From positions 1,550,001 to 1,614,000 of the forward strand of contig CM022674.1 in assembly GCA_012295275.1 (NCBI GenBank): a stretch of DNA of 64,000 nt, read 5' to 3'. The notes under the pieces were generated by a model, which did not search any database, was not told the origin of the DNA, and saw only the letters and a program-made list of their open reading frames with translations. A program made the translations under genes and the position numbers. Positions 1 to 13,900 of this stretch are shown piece by piece; within the stretch, counting starts at the first letter, position 1; every line of letters starts with the position of its first letter. The DNA comes from Chrysomallon squamiferum (taxonomy: Eukaryota > Animalia > Mollusca).

Positions 1-840
1 AAGCCACAATGGTTATAAACAGCTGCATGTAAAATATACACAGAAACATAGTCATTCTGAATAGAAATCACTCATATAAAAACAAAACAATGAACACATA
101 AAAACCCCAAACAAAAACAACAAACAATGAAAACATAAAAACCAAAAAAAAAAAAAAAACCCAACAAAAACATAAAAACCATAAAAAATAAAAAAATAAA
201 AAAATAAAAAAAGGAAAAAAATTAATAATAATTAAATAAAAATAACAAAATAAAGAACATAAATTAAAAACCAAACCAAACGAATGACAATAACAGTGAA
301 AAGCATATAACAGAAAGACACAGGATTAAATATAGCAGAAGATATAATGGAAAGACAGAAGAATAAATAAAAAACAGAGTTAACAACAAAAGGAAAGAGA
401 GGAAACCAAAAGGGAAGGCATAAAAAAAAACCCAGTAAATAAACGTGGTACTACTTATCACCCAACAAAAGAAAAGAGAAACTAGACTGTTCAAAAGATA
501 ACAAATATGGCACCTGGAAGGTAATAAAAGAATGAAAAAGCAACAACAACAACAACAACAAAATAAGAATGATAACAAAAGACTAAAAACAGCACTAAAA
601 TGACTAATTAAAGCTGAATTGACAATGTAAAAGATGTATAAAGGTACAAAATGAACATACGGGCAAAAAGAAAAAAAACGATGGATGCAGTGAACTAACC
701 AACAAACAATCGTATGAAATGCTGGGTTTTTAAAATGCATCTTACTACAAAGGCAAGAGATGGACCACTGAGCACAAAAACAAAATATAAACAGGAGAAT
801 TAACAACAAAACACTAGTTGCTTGTTTTCAACGACATCAC

Positions 841-882
841 CTGTTTCTGCGGAGCATCCCAGAATGCAACATCCGCGGCCAT
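841..882 (-). CDS. Candidate first coding exon (MAADVAFWDAPQKQ) of an unidentified gene running off the left edge
   Basis: GC-rich island; minus strand reads AAAATGGCCGCG (ATG at 882, YY1-like context), 14 codons, then CAG|GTGATG donor; no downstream exon identified in 1-840. Confidence 0.35.
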
Positions 883-2224
883 TTTCTTTCCATAGCTCTT
901 GATAGTTAACATAATTAACTACAGACACGAGTTCCAAGATGTGAAATTCCTTTCAAGCAAGGACCCAGCTCACACTAATACTTAGTTAACAAATATGTGC
1001 GTGTGATACAGACTGTCAGCAACTGAATTCGAAACTGTTAACAGTTTTTACGCATCAAAAATGTCCAAGTTGTAAACTTCCATTTTACCACAGACACAGA
1101 ACACATTAATACTTTAACAATTAATAAAACTGTGTCTATTAGTGTCTGTAATTAAGCAAATATAAAAAAAAAAAAATCTATAATTTTGTTGAATATAATG
1201 TAACATTTATGCTTGGCTTATGTCAAAAGAAAAGCTTCAGGTTTACGCCCACAATATGAAAAATAATCAGAGGCATGATGTCACCAAGCAATTGTAAATG
1301 ATTATTATAACATGGGGGGGGGAAAAATAAATAATAAAACCAGAAAAAAAGGAGAAACAATGAAGTAAACAGAAAAATAAACAAATAAATAAATAAATTG
1401 GCAAATGAATAAATAATAACTGAAAGATAAACAAAACAAAATACAATTAATAAAGAAAAATAAATGAAAGAAACCGGTATACAAATATGAAAAAGTTAAA
1501 TCAGGCTGGAACAAGAACTTTCTTGAACACTAAGAGTAAGAAAAAAACAAATTAAATCTAAAACTAAACACACTGCTTGGAAAACATTTAAAAATTTTTT
1601 TGCTAACTTATATTTGCAATTATAAATGTAGCATGCACTGATAATTTTTTACAACAGTTTTTTTTATGTTTCTATTCTAAACTGCACCGGTAAAAGATTA
1701 AAACCATTTTTACAAACACCATCTAACTACCAACCGGTATATCTGTAAGCTGGACAGATTTAAAATGGAATTCAGTACAAGTTTGAGAAAAAAATAAAAT
1801 AAAGAAAACCCAGTAAAACTAAACAAAATTATCAATTTTAAAATGATCAGATTCTGACTTTTAATTTTAAAAAGATAAATAAAATTTAAAAAATATAAAT
1901 AAATAAAATAAATAAAATAAATAAAATAAATAATAACTTCTTCATTCTACTCTGACTCTGCAACAGCTAAGAAATATTAATTTTAAAAATATATTCCCCA
2001 CCGCAATCATAAAAATAAAACTGTTATTGCGATTATTTTAATTCAGAGATAAAATAAAATGGTCTGAACAGATAAAGAAAAAAAATAAATTCTTTGTGTC
2101 TGTAGTTTGTGCTTCAACTTTGCAAGGCACATTTCATATTTATCTTTCATAGGCACTCATGAGTATTTCACTCAAATTCAAAATTTACATCTGCATAATC
2201 TCAACTCAAAACTTTACACAACAA

Positions 2225-2375
2225 CCATGTTTGTGCAATTTTGACACAAAATCCATTTTTTACACAAACATATTTGTGTAATTTTACACAAAACCTGTAT
2301 TTGTGTAATTTTACATAAATCATATTTGTGTAATTTTACACAAAGCCACATATTTGTGTGACTTTACATACAAAA
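2225..2375. repeat. Degenerate short minisatellite (ATATTTGTGTAATTTTACACAAA-like) downstream of the CDF stop codon
   Basis: About 5 imperfect copies visible. Confidence 0.6.
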
Positions 2376-2902
2376 CTTTCTTTTGCTTATCAATGCAAAC
2401 ATTAAATCTAATTATTTTAATTTAACAAAAAAATTTGCATTTAGTACATTTTTAAAAGAGAAAAAAGAACAAAAACCACATTTGTTGCTGTTTTGAAAAA
2501 CATTAATGTACACTGGTCATGTAGAATTATAAAACACACTTTTGTCATTAAAAAGCTTTAAAAATGAAAATCTTTTTCTTCAAACAGATTGTCTATCATT
2601 AAAATTACTGATTTTTTTTTTTTTAATACTTATTGAAAACCAATGCCACAAGCTTAATTTTAATTAAAAAAAAAAATTAAAAAAATTAATAATAATAATA
2701 CTATTCAATACAAAATACTTACGATAAAAAATTCTAAATATCTACAAAAAATTTACATCAGTCGTTCATCAAAAACTTTACATACCTGATGTATTTTTTT
2801 TTTCTCTCAAAAACCTTTCCAAAGGAAAACAATCAAAAAACAAAAAATTGTTAAAAATTAAAAAAGATGTTAAAAATGAAATAAAAAAAGGGTAAAATCA
2901 AT

Positions 2903-5105
2903 TCACAACATTTTGTGTTCTTCTTCCGGTCGGTGGCAGACCTCGTAGTCCAGGTGCACAATGCCCTCTCCACGCTCGGCAGCTTCTCCAGTCGCTGCTG
3001 CAGCGTTTCGCCGATGTTGTGGCCCTCCCATAGCGACATCTCTTCGGGCAGGACGATGTCGACCTCGACAAGGAAGTTGTTGCCGAAGTGGAAGGCTCGG
3101 ACTGTGTCGATGAGCAGAATCTTCGGGTGGTGGTTGAGACACATCCAGGTAATCTTGCTGAGGAAATCAGGTTTAGCTGTGTGTCCAGTCAACATCTTTA
3201 TCTGTTCTGTAACACAAACACAAGTCTTTTTATCTGTTCTGTAACACAAACACAAGTCTTATAGTCAACATCTTTATCTGTTCTGTAACACAAACACAAG
3301 TCTTATAGTCAACATCTTTATCTGTTCTGTAATACAAACACAAGTCTTATAGTCAACATCTTTATCTGTTCTGTAATACAAACACAAGTCTCATAGTCAA
3401 CATCTTTATCTGTTCTGTAATACAAACACAAGTCTTACAGTCAACATCTTTATCTGTTCTGTAACACAAACACAAGTCTTACAGTCAACATCTTTATCTG
3501 TTCTGTAACACAAACACAAGTCTTACAGTCAACATCTTTATCTGTTCTGTAACACAAACACAAGTCTTATAGTCAACATCTTTACCTGTTCTGTAACACA
3601 AACACAAGTCTTATAGTCAACATTTTTAGGTGTTCTATAATACAAACAACTTTTAGTAAACATTTCTATCTGTTCCATAATACAGATATGAACATTTTTA
3701 TCTGTTCTGTAATATGACTGTTTCAGTAAACATTTTTGTAAAATGATTTTAATTAACAAATGAACAAAAAAAACAAAAACATTTGGTCTGAAGAGGCAAG
3801 GGACACAACTCTACCTGATCCCGTTATCCACCAAGTGACTAGAATGTATATGCCGATGATTATTGCACCCAGAGGGTCAATGAAGACAACGTTGTAATGT
3901 CCAGTCTCATTTATAAACTGCTGAGAGCCTGCAAGTGAATAAAGCAATATGTACACACGTAGACACATACATTCACACATACACACATTTATATACAACA
4001 TCCACCAATCCATATATAGACACACACACACACACACACACGTACACATATAAACATCCATACATTCATACATACACATACGTACACACATGAACACACA
4101 TACTGTCACACGCAAACACAAATAATGTGAACAGCACAAGTAAAGAGATATTTACCCAGGTAACCACAGAGAATAGCAACAGCGTTTGAAAACGTGTCGT
4201 TACGGTGATCCTGCATTAGAACTGTCACAGAGCTGCTGTTGGCTCGCTTTCGATAGAAAAAGCACAGCAGAAACAAGGCCAGCTTAATTACTGAATAAAT
4301 TAATCAACGAATCAGTGAGTGAGTAAGTACGTAAGTAAGGAAGAATGAAAATAAGTAAGTGAGTAAACAAGTAAGTAAATAAATAAATCAGTAAGTAATA
4401 AAATAAACAAATAAGTAAATAAACACACAAACAAATAAATAAATAAGTATAAAAATAAATAAATAAATAAACAAATAAGCAAATAAACCCACAAACAAAT
4501 AAATAAATAAGTATAAAAATAATAAATAAAATAAATAAACATGTAAATAAATAAATAAACATGTAAATAAATAAATAAATAAATAAAGTTATATATATAT
4601 GTTATAAAGAAAATACAGATTGTTTGTTATATGTGTATGTTATAAAACAATTAAAGATTTTCTGTGTTATATGTGTACGTTATAAAGTAAATATATAGAT
4701 TGTTTGTGTTATATGTGTATGTTAAAAAGAAAATATAGATTGTTTGTGTTATATGTGTATGTTAAAAAGAAAATATAGACTGTGTTATATTCTACTTACC
4801 CACTGTACTGACAGTAATGGCAACTGTCGTCATTTCAAACTGTGGAATTGTGTCCGACTTCTTGCTGAGTCCGACAATTCTCTGAATAGATTCGATAATC
4901 AGCTGAAACGAGGCCACTGACATGACTACTGACAGTATCACTATGGCGATCGGTTCCAGTCGGGTGCGACCTGAGAAAAAAAAAATAAAATTTAAATAAA
5001 AAATTTAAAAAAAATTAATAAGATTTAAAAAAATAAAAATAAAAAAAATAAAAAAAATAAAAAATAAAAAAATAAATAAATAATTAAGAAAAAATTTAAA
5101 AAATC

Positions 5106-5169
<64 letters not shown>

Positions 5170-6795
5170 TAAAAAAATAAAATAAAATAAAATAAAAAAG
5201 TAAATAAATAAATAAATAAGAAAATAAAAAATAAATAGTGTCTGCTGTCACATTACTAAAATATGACTTTCGCTCTACCTATAGAAACACTTGAGTGATT
5301 ACAGTTGATATACAAGTAGTCTGATTAAATTACAGTTGATATACAAGTAGTCTGATTAAATTACATTTGATATACAAGTAGTCTGATTAAATTACATTTG
5401 ATATACTAATAGTCTGATTAAATTACAGTTGCTATACTAATAGTCTGATTAAATTACAAGTGGTCTGATTAAATTTCTGTTCAGCTCCAGTAGTTATTTT
5501 GTAAAATAATCAAGGATAATAAAATTACCAGACAGGTTTCCTACTTGCCAGAACTTTCTTTTCTTTTTTCTACTTTTTTATTTTTCAGTAATTATATCAT
5601 TTTGAACAATGGAAAGCTTTTAAAAAAAAAAAAAAAAAAACTGACAAAGTGATTACAAAACTGAATTTTCACATCAACGACTCAGCACATACCACAACAC
5701 TTAGACATCTGAGTTATGATGAGATAAAGGTTGAGGTGTAAAGACAACAGGGAGTAAGTGTGCGTGCGTGCGTGTATGTGTGTGTGTGTGTGTGTGTGCG
5801 TGTGCTTACCACTGGGGTATCTGACATCCTTCTTTCTTATTCGACTTGATGTCCACCAGATGACCACCCCAGACAGAAGGTCAACGCCCGAGTCCACCAG
5901 ACTGGAAATAATGGACACTGAACTGGACAGGGCCACTGCGATTGTTTTCCCAACCAGCAGAAACTGAGAGAAAAGTGACAGACAAACATAAACAAACAGA
6001 CATACTGACACAAAATTTTAAAAAAAAAACACGCTACCAAATGTGATAAATATCATTACCACGTCTGATGGAGCCAAGGATTAAAAAGAAGAAACAAAAC
6101 ACATTCCAAACATGGTAAACATCTAAAACACTTCCAGGTAACTAGGATTAAAAAGAACAACCGAACATGATAAATGTCTGAATCATTTTGAGCAAACTAA
6201 GATTAAAAAAACCAAACATGATAAATGTCTAAACCACTTTGTGCTAAGGAGAATTAAGAAACTAAAAATCACAAAAACTGATGATAAAATATCTAAAGAC
6301 AAGCTACTGACAGACAGCAATGTTGAAAATTTAAAAAATAAACCATAATAATTTTTAAACTGACTCTGTTAGGCACTTACAAAGTTCATGACAAATGAAA
6401 TTTTTGCCAATCTTGACGCAATGTTGTTTGGGCCTACCATGTTGAATTCAGCATCGTCTGATTCGGTTCCCTGTTCTATGTTCTCAAATGCTTTTATCAG
6501 ATCACTCTGGGCCTTGTAGTAAGCTCTGGAACAAGAAAGTTTGGGAGAGTAAGACAGCAAGTTAATGAACTGAGTGAGATGTGACAAAATGCAGCTTCTC
6601 TTTGTCTCAGAACTGGAAAGAAGAATGGAAGAATGAATAAAAACTAACAGTTATTGTGACATGACATAAATATCATTCTCAGTGTGAGAAATAGAAGAAA
6701 GATAGATGGAGAGAGAGATGAGAGAGAAATACAGACACAGAAAGAAGACTGGATGGATATGAACTAAAATTAAAACTATTTAGAGATGAGTCTTA

Positions 6796-6826
<31 letters not shown>

Positions 6827-9210
6827 GTATGTCTATATATATCTCTATATGTGTGTGTGTTTGTATATGTATGTATATGTGTGTGTGTATGTATGTGTGT
6901 GCACACGTATGAGAGAGAGAGAGAGAAACAAAGCTAAAAATACAGCAATAGGATGACATAAATTTGATCAATTCAAACTTAACAAAAGTAATCAAACAAT
7001 TCACAAAACCTGATTCGTTTTGTCAGCTTCCCTTGGTGATCATCTTTCCTGGATGTAAAGTTTGTTATGGGTATTTTCCAGGACGATTCATCTAAAACAA
7101 TTACCAGAATCATATGGATATTTTTTTAATGAGAGCAGAACAGAATTATAGAACCAGATTCACAGGCTGAAATATGTAATATGCAATAGCCAGATTGATT
7201 AAAAAAAAAATTTAAAAAAATTAATGAATAAATTCATTTCATTCTGAAACATTTTTACTGATAAAAAATGCTGATAGCTAATAATTATTATATCTTAAAT
7301 TCTTTTTTCCATAAAAACCAAAAGAAACAAAAATGAAAGCTAAATTTCTATGTAATTATTTTAAACTGAATTTTGGTTCACTGAACATTATAAAAACTTA
7401 AATATAAATGTCAAAAAATAAAAATTAAAGACAAATAATACGTAATTATTATAAATTAAATTACATAAAATTATTGCAGATTGAATTACATTGTTCATAA
7501 ATCAATTTTTTTTATTAACAGATGACATTTTTATTTTTATTGTACAAAAATCATTGAAAGAATAAATTATTACCCTCTTTTAGGGGTTAGTGTATATATA
7601 AATGTGTGTATGTATATGTGTGTGTGTGTGTTGTCTTTTTAAATAATTAAATAAAAATTAAAAAAAGTAGATCAAATTATGAATCCAGTTTTACTTAAGC
7701 TGGAGATCAGATCCCAATAATAAAATACACACAGATGCAAACACACATTTTAAAAAAAAAAAATAAATAAATAAAATAAAATAAAATAAAATAAAATAAA
7801 ATAAAATAAAAAAAAAAATATAAAAATATATATATAGATGTAACTTGTTATTAAAATGATATTAAAACTGTTTCAGTAGTTACAAACACACCCAAGTTAT
7901 AAGAAAACTAACTTTCACCGGATATAATGCTGTCCATTTCGGGGGCAACCTGCGCCATGCAAATGAAACCGTTTGGAGATGTGTTGGACTGCGACGCAGT
8001 TGGTGAGAGTCGAATTCGCGAACATGGTGCCAGTCCAAGCAGAGAGTGCATATCAAAAACATTCGGGTCAGACATTCGACATCCTCTGACAAACGTCTTC
8101 AAAAAAAAAAATAAAATAAAATAAAATTAATATTAATGAGCTAGCAAGAGAAATAACATCACATGATAACATCATAATAGTAGGGTTTGTTGCACATAAT
8201 TTTGTTTGACTTAAACCAGTAAAAAAAAATTAATAAAATAAATAAATGAATAAATAAAACACTGGACCAGCAGTGGTATCAAGTACTAGAAAACAACATC
8301 TGGATAGTTTGCTTTTTATAAATACTTTGATTAAACACCGATAATAAATAAATAAATAAATAAATAAAATGTAAATAAATATTGAAAATAAAAAGATTGT
8401 AAAATTTTAAAAAATAATTCCAAATAAATTGTAAAAATAAGAAAAGAAACATTATTAGACATATGGTTATAATTGTGAAAAAATAAATAAATAAAAAAGA
8501 AAACAAAATTAATTTTAAATGAAAAGAAAAATGCAAACAGAATTGTCAGAATTTGTACAATTAGACTGAAAAATTGGTTGGCTTGACAATCATTTAATTG
8601 TATGTCTGTATCATTTGCTTATGTTATATTTCTAATACAGTTAGTCTAATAATAAAACCAAAAACTTACATAAACAATTTAAATTTAAATATAAAATCAC
8701 AAATATATCTTTTAAACATTTTTAAATAAAATACTTCTTTTTTTTCTTTTTTTTTTTAAATTGTACAGGTAAATAATTTCAATTCCTAAATTTATACTCA
8801 TTTTGTTATTACTATTAGTTATTATTACTTACTTTGACTACAAACTGAATTTTACTGAATACAATGTCTGTGTATGTGTGTGTGTGAGTACGTTTGTGTA
8901 CTTTATTTATTTGTCTTTAATAACTCAAAAAACGTCTCATTAACGTTTTCCATTTTTTAGATATAATATAATTTATGCATAAATATTCTTTTTATTTTTC
9001 GTCACTAATTCAAGGTAAAAGTTTAAGACGGAGAAGGGAAGTAACTCTCACGGGTAATTCGGTGAAGCTGGATGTATCCCGAGTCTTGCTGCTGTGCGTC
9101 AGACTTTGGCATGATTTAGATTTCAGTTTTTCTTTGTACTTCGTAAGACACTCGTTTTCTTCTCCGATACTCGCAGAATCTGACATCTGCTTAAGTTTCT
9201 TACTTGTCAT
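2903..9210 (-). CDS. Cation diffusion facilitator, Mn-CDF / plant MTP8-11-like metal tolerance protein, about 480 aa
   Basis: Phase-compatible GT-AG exons 9052-9210, 7919-8096, 7010-7091, 6381-6525, 5810-5963, 4800-4970, 4156-4290, 3815-3928, 2903-3206. Motifs [12 protein letters not shown] (TM2 DxxxD), [16 protein letters not shown] (TM5), [46 protein letters not shown][F]VHLDYE. One base is missing at about 2960. Confidence 0.93.
3187..3720. repeat. 44-bp tandem repeat containing the CDF last-exon splice acceptor and first codons
   Basis: Unit AGTCAACATCTTTATCTGTTCTGTAACACAAACACAAGTCTTAT starts at 3187, 3263, 3307, 3351, 3395, 3439, 3483, 3527, 3571 and 3615, plus one 32-bp truncated unit and a degenerate tail. 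Confidence 0.95.
4588..4792. repeat. About 40-bp intronic minisatellite next to the CDF donor at 4799
   Basis: About 5 copies of TTATATGTGTATGTTATAAAGAAAATATAGATTGTTTGTG-like unit. Confidence 0.75.
5296..5475. repeat. 31-bp intronic minisatellite
   Basis: TACAGTTGATATACAAGTAGTCTGATTAAAT, about 5.5 copies. Confidence 0.85.
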
Positions 9211-10479
9211 GTTTTTCTGTGAAAACCTTCAGAAGACTGAAAAAATAAAAAAAATAAATCAAAATAATAACAATAATAATACATAATTATTTATTTAAAT
9301 ATATATATATATATATATGTATGTGTATATATATATTATTGGGTTTTTAAATTATTTTCATATTAAATAAAATTATTAATAATATCTAAACTTGGAGTTT
9401 ATAAATACAGCACTAATAACAGGAAATGTAAGTGCACATTATATTTAAAAAAAATGTTATTAGCAATAAGTTCTCAAACTGTATATTGTAAAAAGTTAAG
9501 ATAACAAAATTATATGATGCATTTTACCATCATATAAAGATCTCTGAAATCTGCAAAAGTGAACAAAATGTTTGCTGAATCAAATCAAATTAACAAATAA
9601 CTAAAAAATATTTTTTTTTACAAAAATGTCATTAAAAGATCAAAATCAGTTTAAGATTTTTGGGGGGTTTGACAGTAAAGCAAGATTTGTGAAACAGTAA
9701 CATATATGTCATTTAAAACCAGACAGAGATAAACACCAGTTCCATTTATGATTTAACAATCTTTATGTTTTAAAGTAAATGTACAAAAAAAACTCTACAA
9801 AAACCATTTCAAATCAATGCAGCTATAAAATTACAACTTTACCCCAAAAATTACCATATGAAGCAGGTATCTCTGTTGACTAAGGAAACTATCTTGCACA
9901 TTTCAATCACATTTTAAATGATAAAGCAGTCACAGATTCACATTCATTTCTGGAAGGAACTGTAGAAAGAATAAAAAGAAATTATAATTAAAACATTAAA
10001 AAAGCTTGCCTTATTTTGTCCACGGGGTGTACAATGTCGTCAGTGTAGAAATACTCTAAGAGGGTGTGTTTTCATTAATATTTCTGATGCAACTTCTTAT
10101 GTCAGTTACTTGTACTACGTTGTAGTAGTAGAAGTAGTAGTAGCAGTAATAATAATTTAAAACATTATGTAACAATTGCATTAGAACAACATACGTATAA
10201 ATGTCAGTCCATTAACCGTAATAACTGAAGTTTAGTACAGATGAAAACATAAACCATTTAACCATTGCATCAACTTCAAGCTACTCTCAATAATTAAATT
10301 TAAAGCAGAAAAATAATTTTGCTTAGTCATGATGAGAATCGTCTAACTAAAGTCTGTCACGTTTCAAAGACAAGTCAGTTAAATTATATTTAAGACTTTT
10401 CAGTATTGGTTATAGTTTATTCTTTATCCTATTTTATACTTAATATAAAAATTCAGTAAACCATAAGATTTGAACATAT

Positions 10480-10966
10480 CGTTACCACGAACGCTAAATC
10501 AAGTCAAGCTGTTACTCAAATTATCAGTTTTATACCGGAAGTTGCATGGAGTTATCTTTAATAGTTCCATTAAAAGATGATTTGTAAATCGAAAATACTC
10601 AATTATGATCAGACATTTTCGTTATCTCTGTGTGCAGTATATGATTAGAATATATTTTGAAAATAAATTAAAAAAAAAAAATTTGTATATGCTTCATACC
10701 TGACATCTTTACATGGTATTAATTTTTGTTATTAATCTTAAGAAAAATGTTATTCTACAAAATATTATCATTCTAATGGTATTAATTAAAATTATGTATT
10801 ATTTGTAAAGAATCTTATCAACAGAATTTTGTTGTTCAAACATTTTAATAATTAATAATGCAATTCAAGTTCGTGTATTTGAAAATGTCAAATTTATTTT
10901 TTCTACCGTCATTCTGAGTACGCATGCGTGACCAGGACCACGTGAATCTTGCAGCAGACAGCAAGC
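10480..10966. promoter_or_regulatory. Probable bidirectional promoter region between the CDF gene and ATAD3
   Basis: Divergent genes; ETS-like CCGGAAGT at 10535-10542, NRF1-like TACGCATGCGT at 10919-10929 and E-box CACGTG at 10939-10944; motif function is inferred. Confidence 0.45.
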
Positions 10967-13900
10967 ATGTCGTGGTTGTTTGGGATCAAACAAGATCAGT
11001 CGGTCTCAGCTCCTCAGTTTCCCTTACCCCCTCCGCCACCCCCCTCAGGTGGTGGTGACAAGGGTGGGGATGAAAAGTCTAAAATGGAAGCGTATCGGTT
11101 CGATTCGGCTGCTCTTGAGAGGGCGGCCAAAGCTGCAAAAGATCTAGAAGCATCAAGTAGGGACAAAATTTTACAACATTTATTCTCAATGTCATCATGA
11201 TTACTCTGCTTGTCATTTATAATAAGATATCGAAAACGTTCGTGAATTTTCTTTACAAATGAAATTTATTATATTTGTGTAACAAATAATTTAAAATAAC
11301 GAGAAAACATGCCTTTTGTTGCAGTATTAAAACATTTACAGCATTACGATAATCAACAGCATATAAGTTATAAGTAAGCACACGGTGTATAATCATGTTA
11401 ATAATAATTCATAATTATGTGAATGCTATGTTTTAGCTTTAATAGCTAAATATTTAGATTAATATGATTACTTTCATAGATTAACTGAATTTTATTTAAG
11501 TTGAAGAAGTGAAAGAATAATTTGTCGAATTATTACTATTTTACTTTTTTAGCAAAGCCTAATCATGCAAAATGCAACAAATGATTGTCATTTTGATCAG
11601 TGAACTGTATCATTGCATACAAGCAACTAATTCAACATGTCTGTGTATGTGATCATTCCATTTCAGTACAAGTAAACATTTATAAACATTATTATTGTTA
11701 TTTTAACTTTTTATACATTTTCTTGCTTCTACAGAATTTGCTAAAGATGCTTTGGAAATAACTAAACAGCAGGAGATTTCTACACAACTTGACCATCAGA
11801 AGAAAATAAAAGTAATTCAAATTTTTAAAAGTTTTCTTTTCTTACGCTGTAGATGTTGTTATTTATTTATTATTATTACTTTTTTTCTTTTTATGGTAGA
11901 TTAACAGATTAAAGTGAAAGATAAATCTGATGTTGTTTTAATTAAAACATTAAGAAACCATTTAAAAAGCTCACCCCCCCCCACCACAGATCATCTTACA
12001 TTTCCAAAGATGGAAAGTTTAATTGCTATTTTATTCAAAGTTATTTAATTAATATTATACAATAAAATATAATTAAACAAAAAATTGGGTTACCTGTTTT
12101 TATATGTCTGAGGATAGAAACCAAAATATGAAATATGGAAAACAAAATCTATTTTGATCTTTTTGGAACATGTTGGGCTGGACATTTTTTTTATTATTAT
12201 TATTATTTTTATTTAGGAATATGAAGCTCAGTTAGAGCAACTGAAACTTGAGCAGATTCGAGTCAGTCAGGATGAGAAGAGAAAAACACTGGCAGAAGAA
12301 ACAAAGCAGCACCAGCAGAGAGCACAGTATCAGGATCAGTTGTCTAGGAAACGCTATGACGACCAACTGGCTCAGCAGGTAAGAATTTATTAAAATGATT
12401 TAAAAAAAAAAAAAATTAACACTTTTCTTCATGTTAATCCCTTCTTTATTCCCACTGATAATACTTTTTCGTTCAGTCAACATCACTACATTCTTAATCT
12501 TGCAGCAGTTAAAGATTTGTTGTTTAATTTAGATCAGTTACTTGCAAAAAATGTTTATGTATTCAGAAACTGATTTAAAAAAAATTTACTTTTGAAGAAC
12601 AAATAAAAATTAAAATCATTTTCTTTATTGTACGTCTGAGATACAAAATATTTGTTTCTACATCTATTATCAATAGCTTTAACTTCAGTTTTGATATCCA
12701 TGTTTGCAGAAGGTGTATGTTTCTTGGTCACAGTGCATTTATTAGATTGGGTTTCAGATAAATTATTTTCTGTATATGACAGAGGACATACTGTTCTCAG
12801 TGATATTTGAGATTTGAGTGCTGGACTGGGTGTGATTGGTCATCAGATCAATTCTTATCACTCTTCCCTCTGAGACATTTCCTTTTCCTGCCTATGAGAA
12901 GACACAGAAGAGAGTAACTTCTTGTTTAACCCTTAATGATTATTATGCCTGCTATTCAAATATTATGTAACTGTTGAATAAAAATTGTTATTGATGAGTG
13001 TCATTTTAACTTTAGGCTCGGATGCAAGAAGAGAATTTGAGAAAACAGGAGGAATCTGTACAGAAACAAGAACAGATAAGAAGAAGTAAATAATAATGAC
13101 ATTTCACCCCCTCTCTCTCTCTGATTTTATTTTCTGATTTAATTATCTTTAAAACAAATTATACATTAAAAAAAATTTAGTTATGAGAAAATACATGTTG
13201 AACTTGTCAAACAAGAATGTTTCATATGTTCCAGAAAGAATGCATTTATTAACACTGAGTTACTATTTTATTAAAAAATTTTTTTTTATTCTTCAGGTAC
13301 AATAGAACACGAGGCTGAACTTCGCCATCAGAATGAAATGAAACGAATCGAAGCAGAGCTTAGAGGAAAAGCCAAAGTGGATCGAGAGAATCAAGACTTG
13401 ATTCGTGAACAGATAAAACTGAAAGCTCAGGAACGACGAGAAACTGTCTTAGAGTCTATCAAGTAATTCAGACTTACTTGTTTCTTGAACCAGTGAAAAA
13501 GTAATATTTTAAAACATTAAATGAACTGAAGCCAAATTCTTTCATACAGTGGTAAATTGTTTGAGATGTGTATGTCCTGCCCTTAGACACAGAGGAGTCA
13601 AACAAACAAGAAAACCCTTCCATTAAATCTTTGTCTGAAATGATGAAACTGCAAGTTTTATATAATTGCTGCATTTTAATAAAGGATTTGTTGTGAGTGA
13701 GGCTTTGCTAGATAAAGATTAGAAATTAAAATAATGTAATCATATAATATCATTTTCATCTGAAAATAAATTAATAATAATAATAGTCAATGATAATAAT
13801 AATAGTCAGTGAAAACTAACAGTTTCGTTAAAACAAATAACTACTTAATATTGTGTCTGAAATGAAGGATTAAAATTCACTTTTGTTTTTCAGGACTGCA

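Noticed and set aside
68-809. Hydrophobic F/L/I-rich ORFs here and similar ER, CV, YY, II and LS repeat ORFs throughout
   Set aside because: Low-complexity A-rich and microsatellite sequence with no splice or homology support
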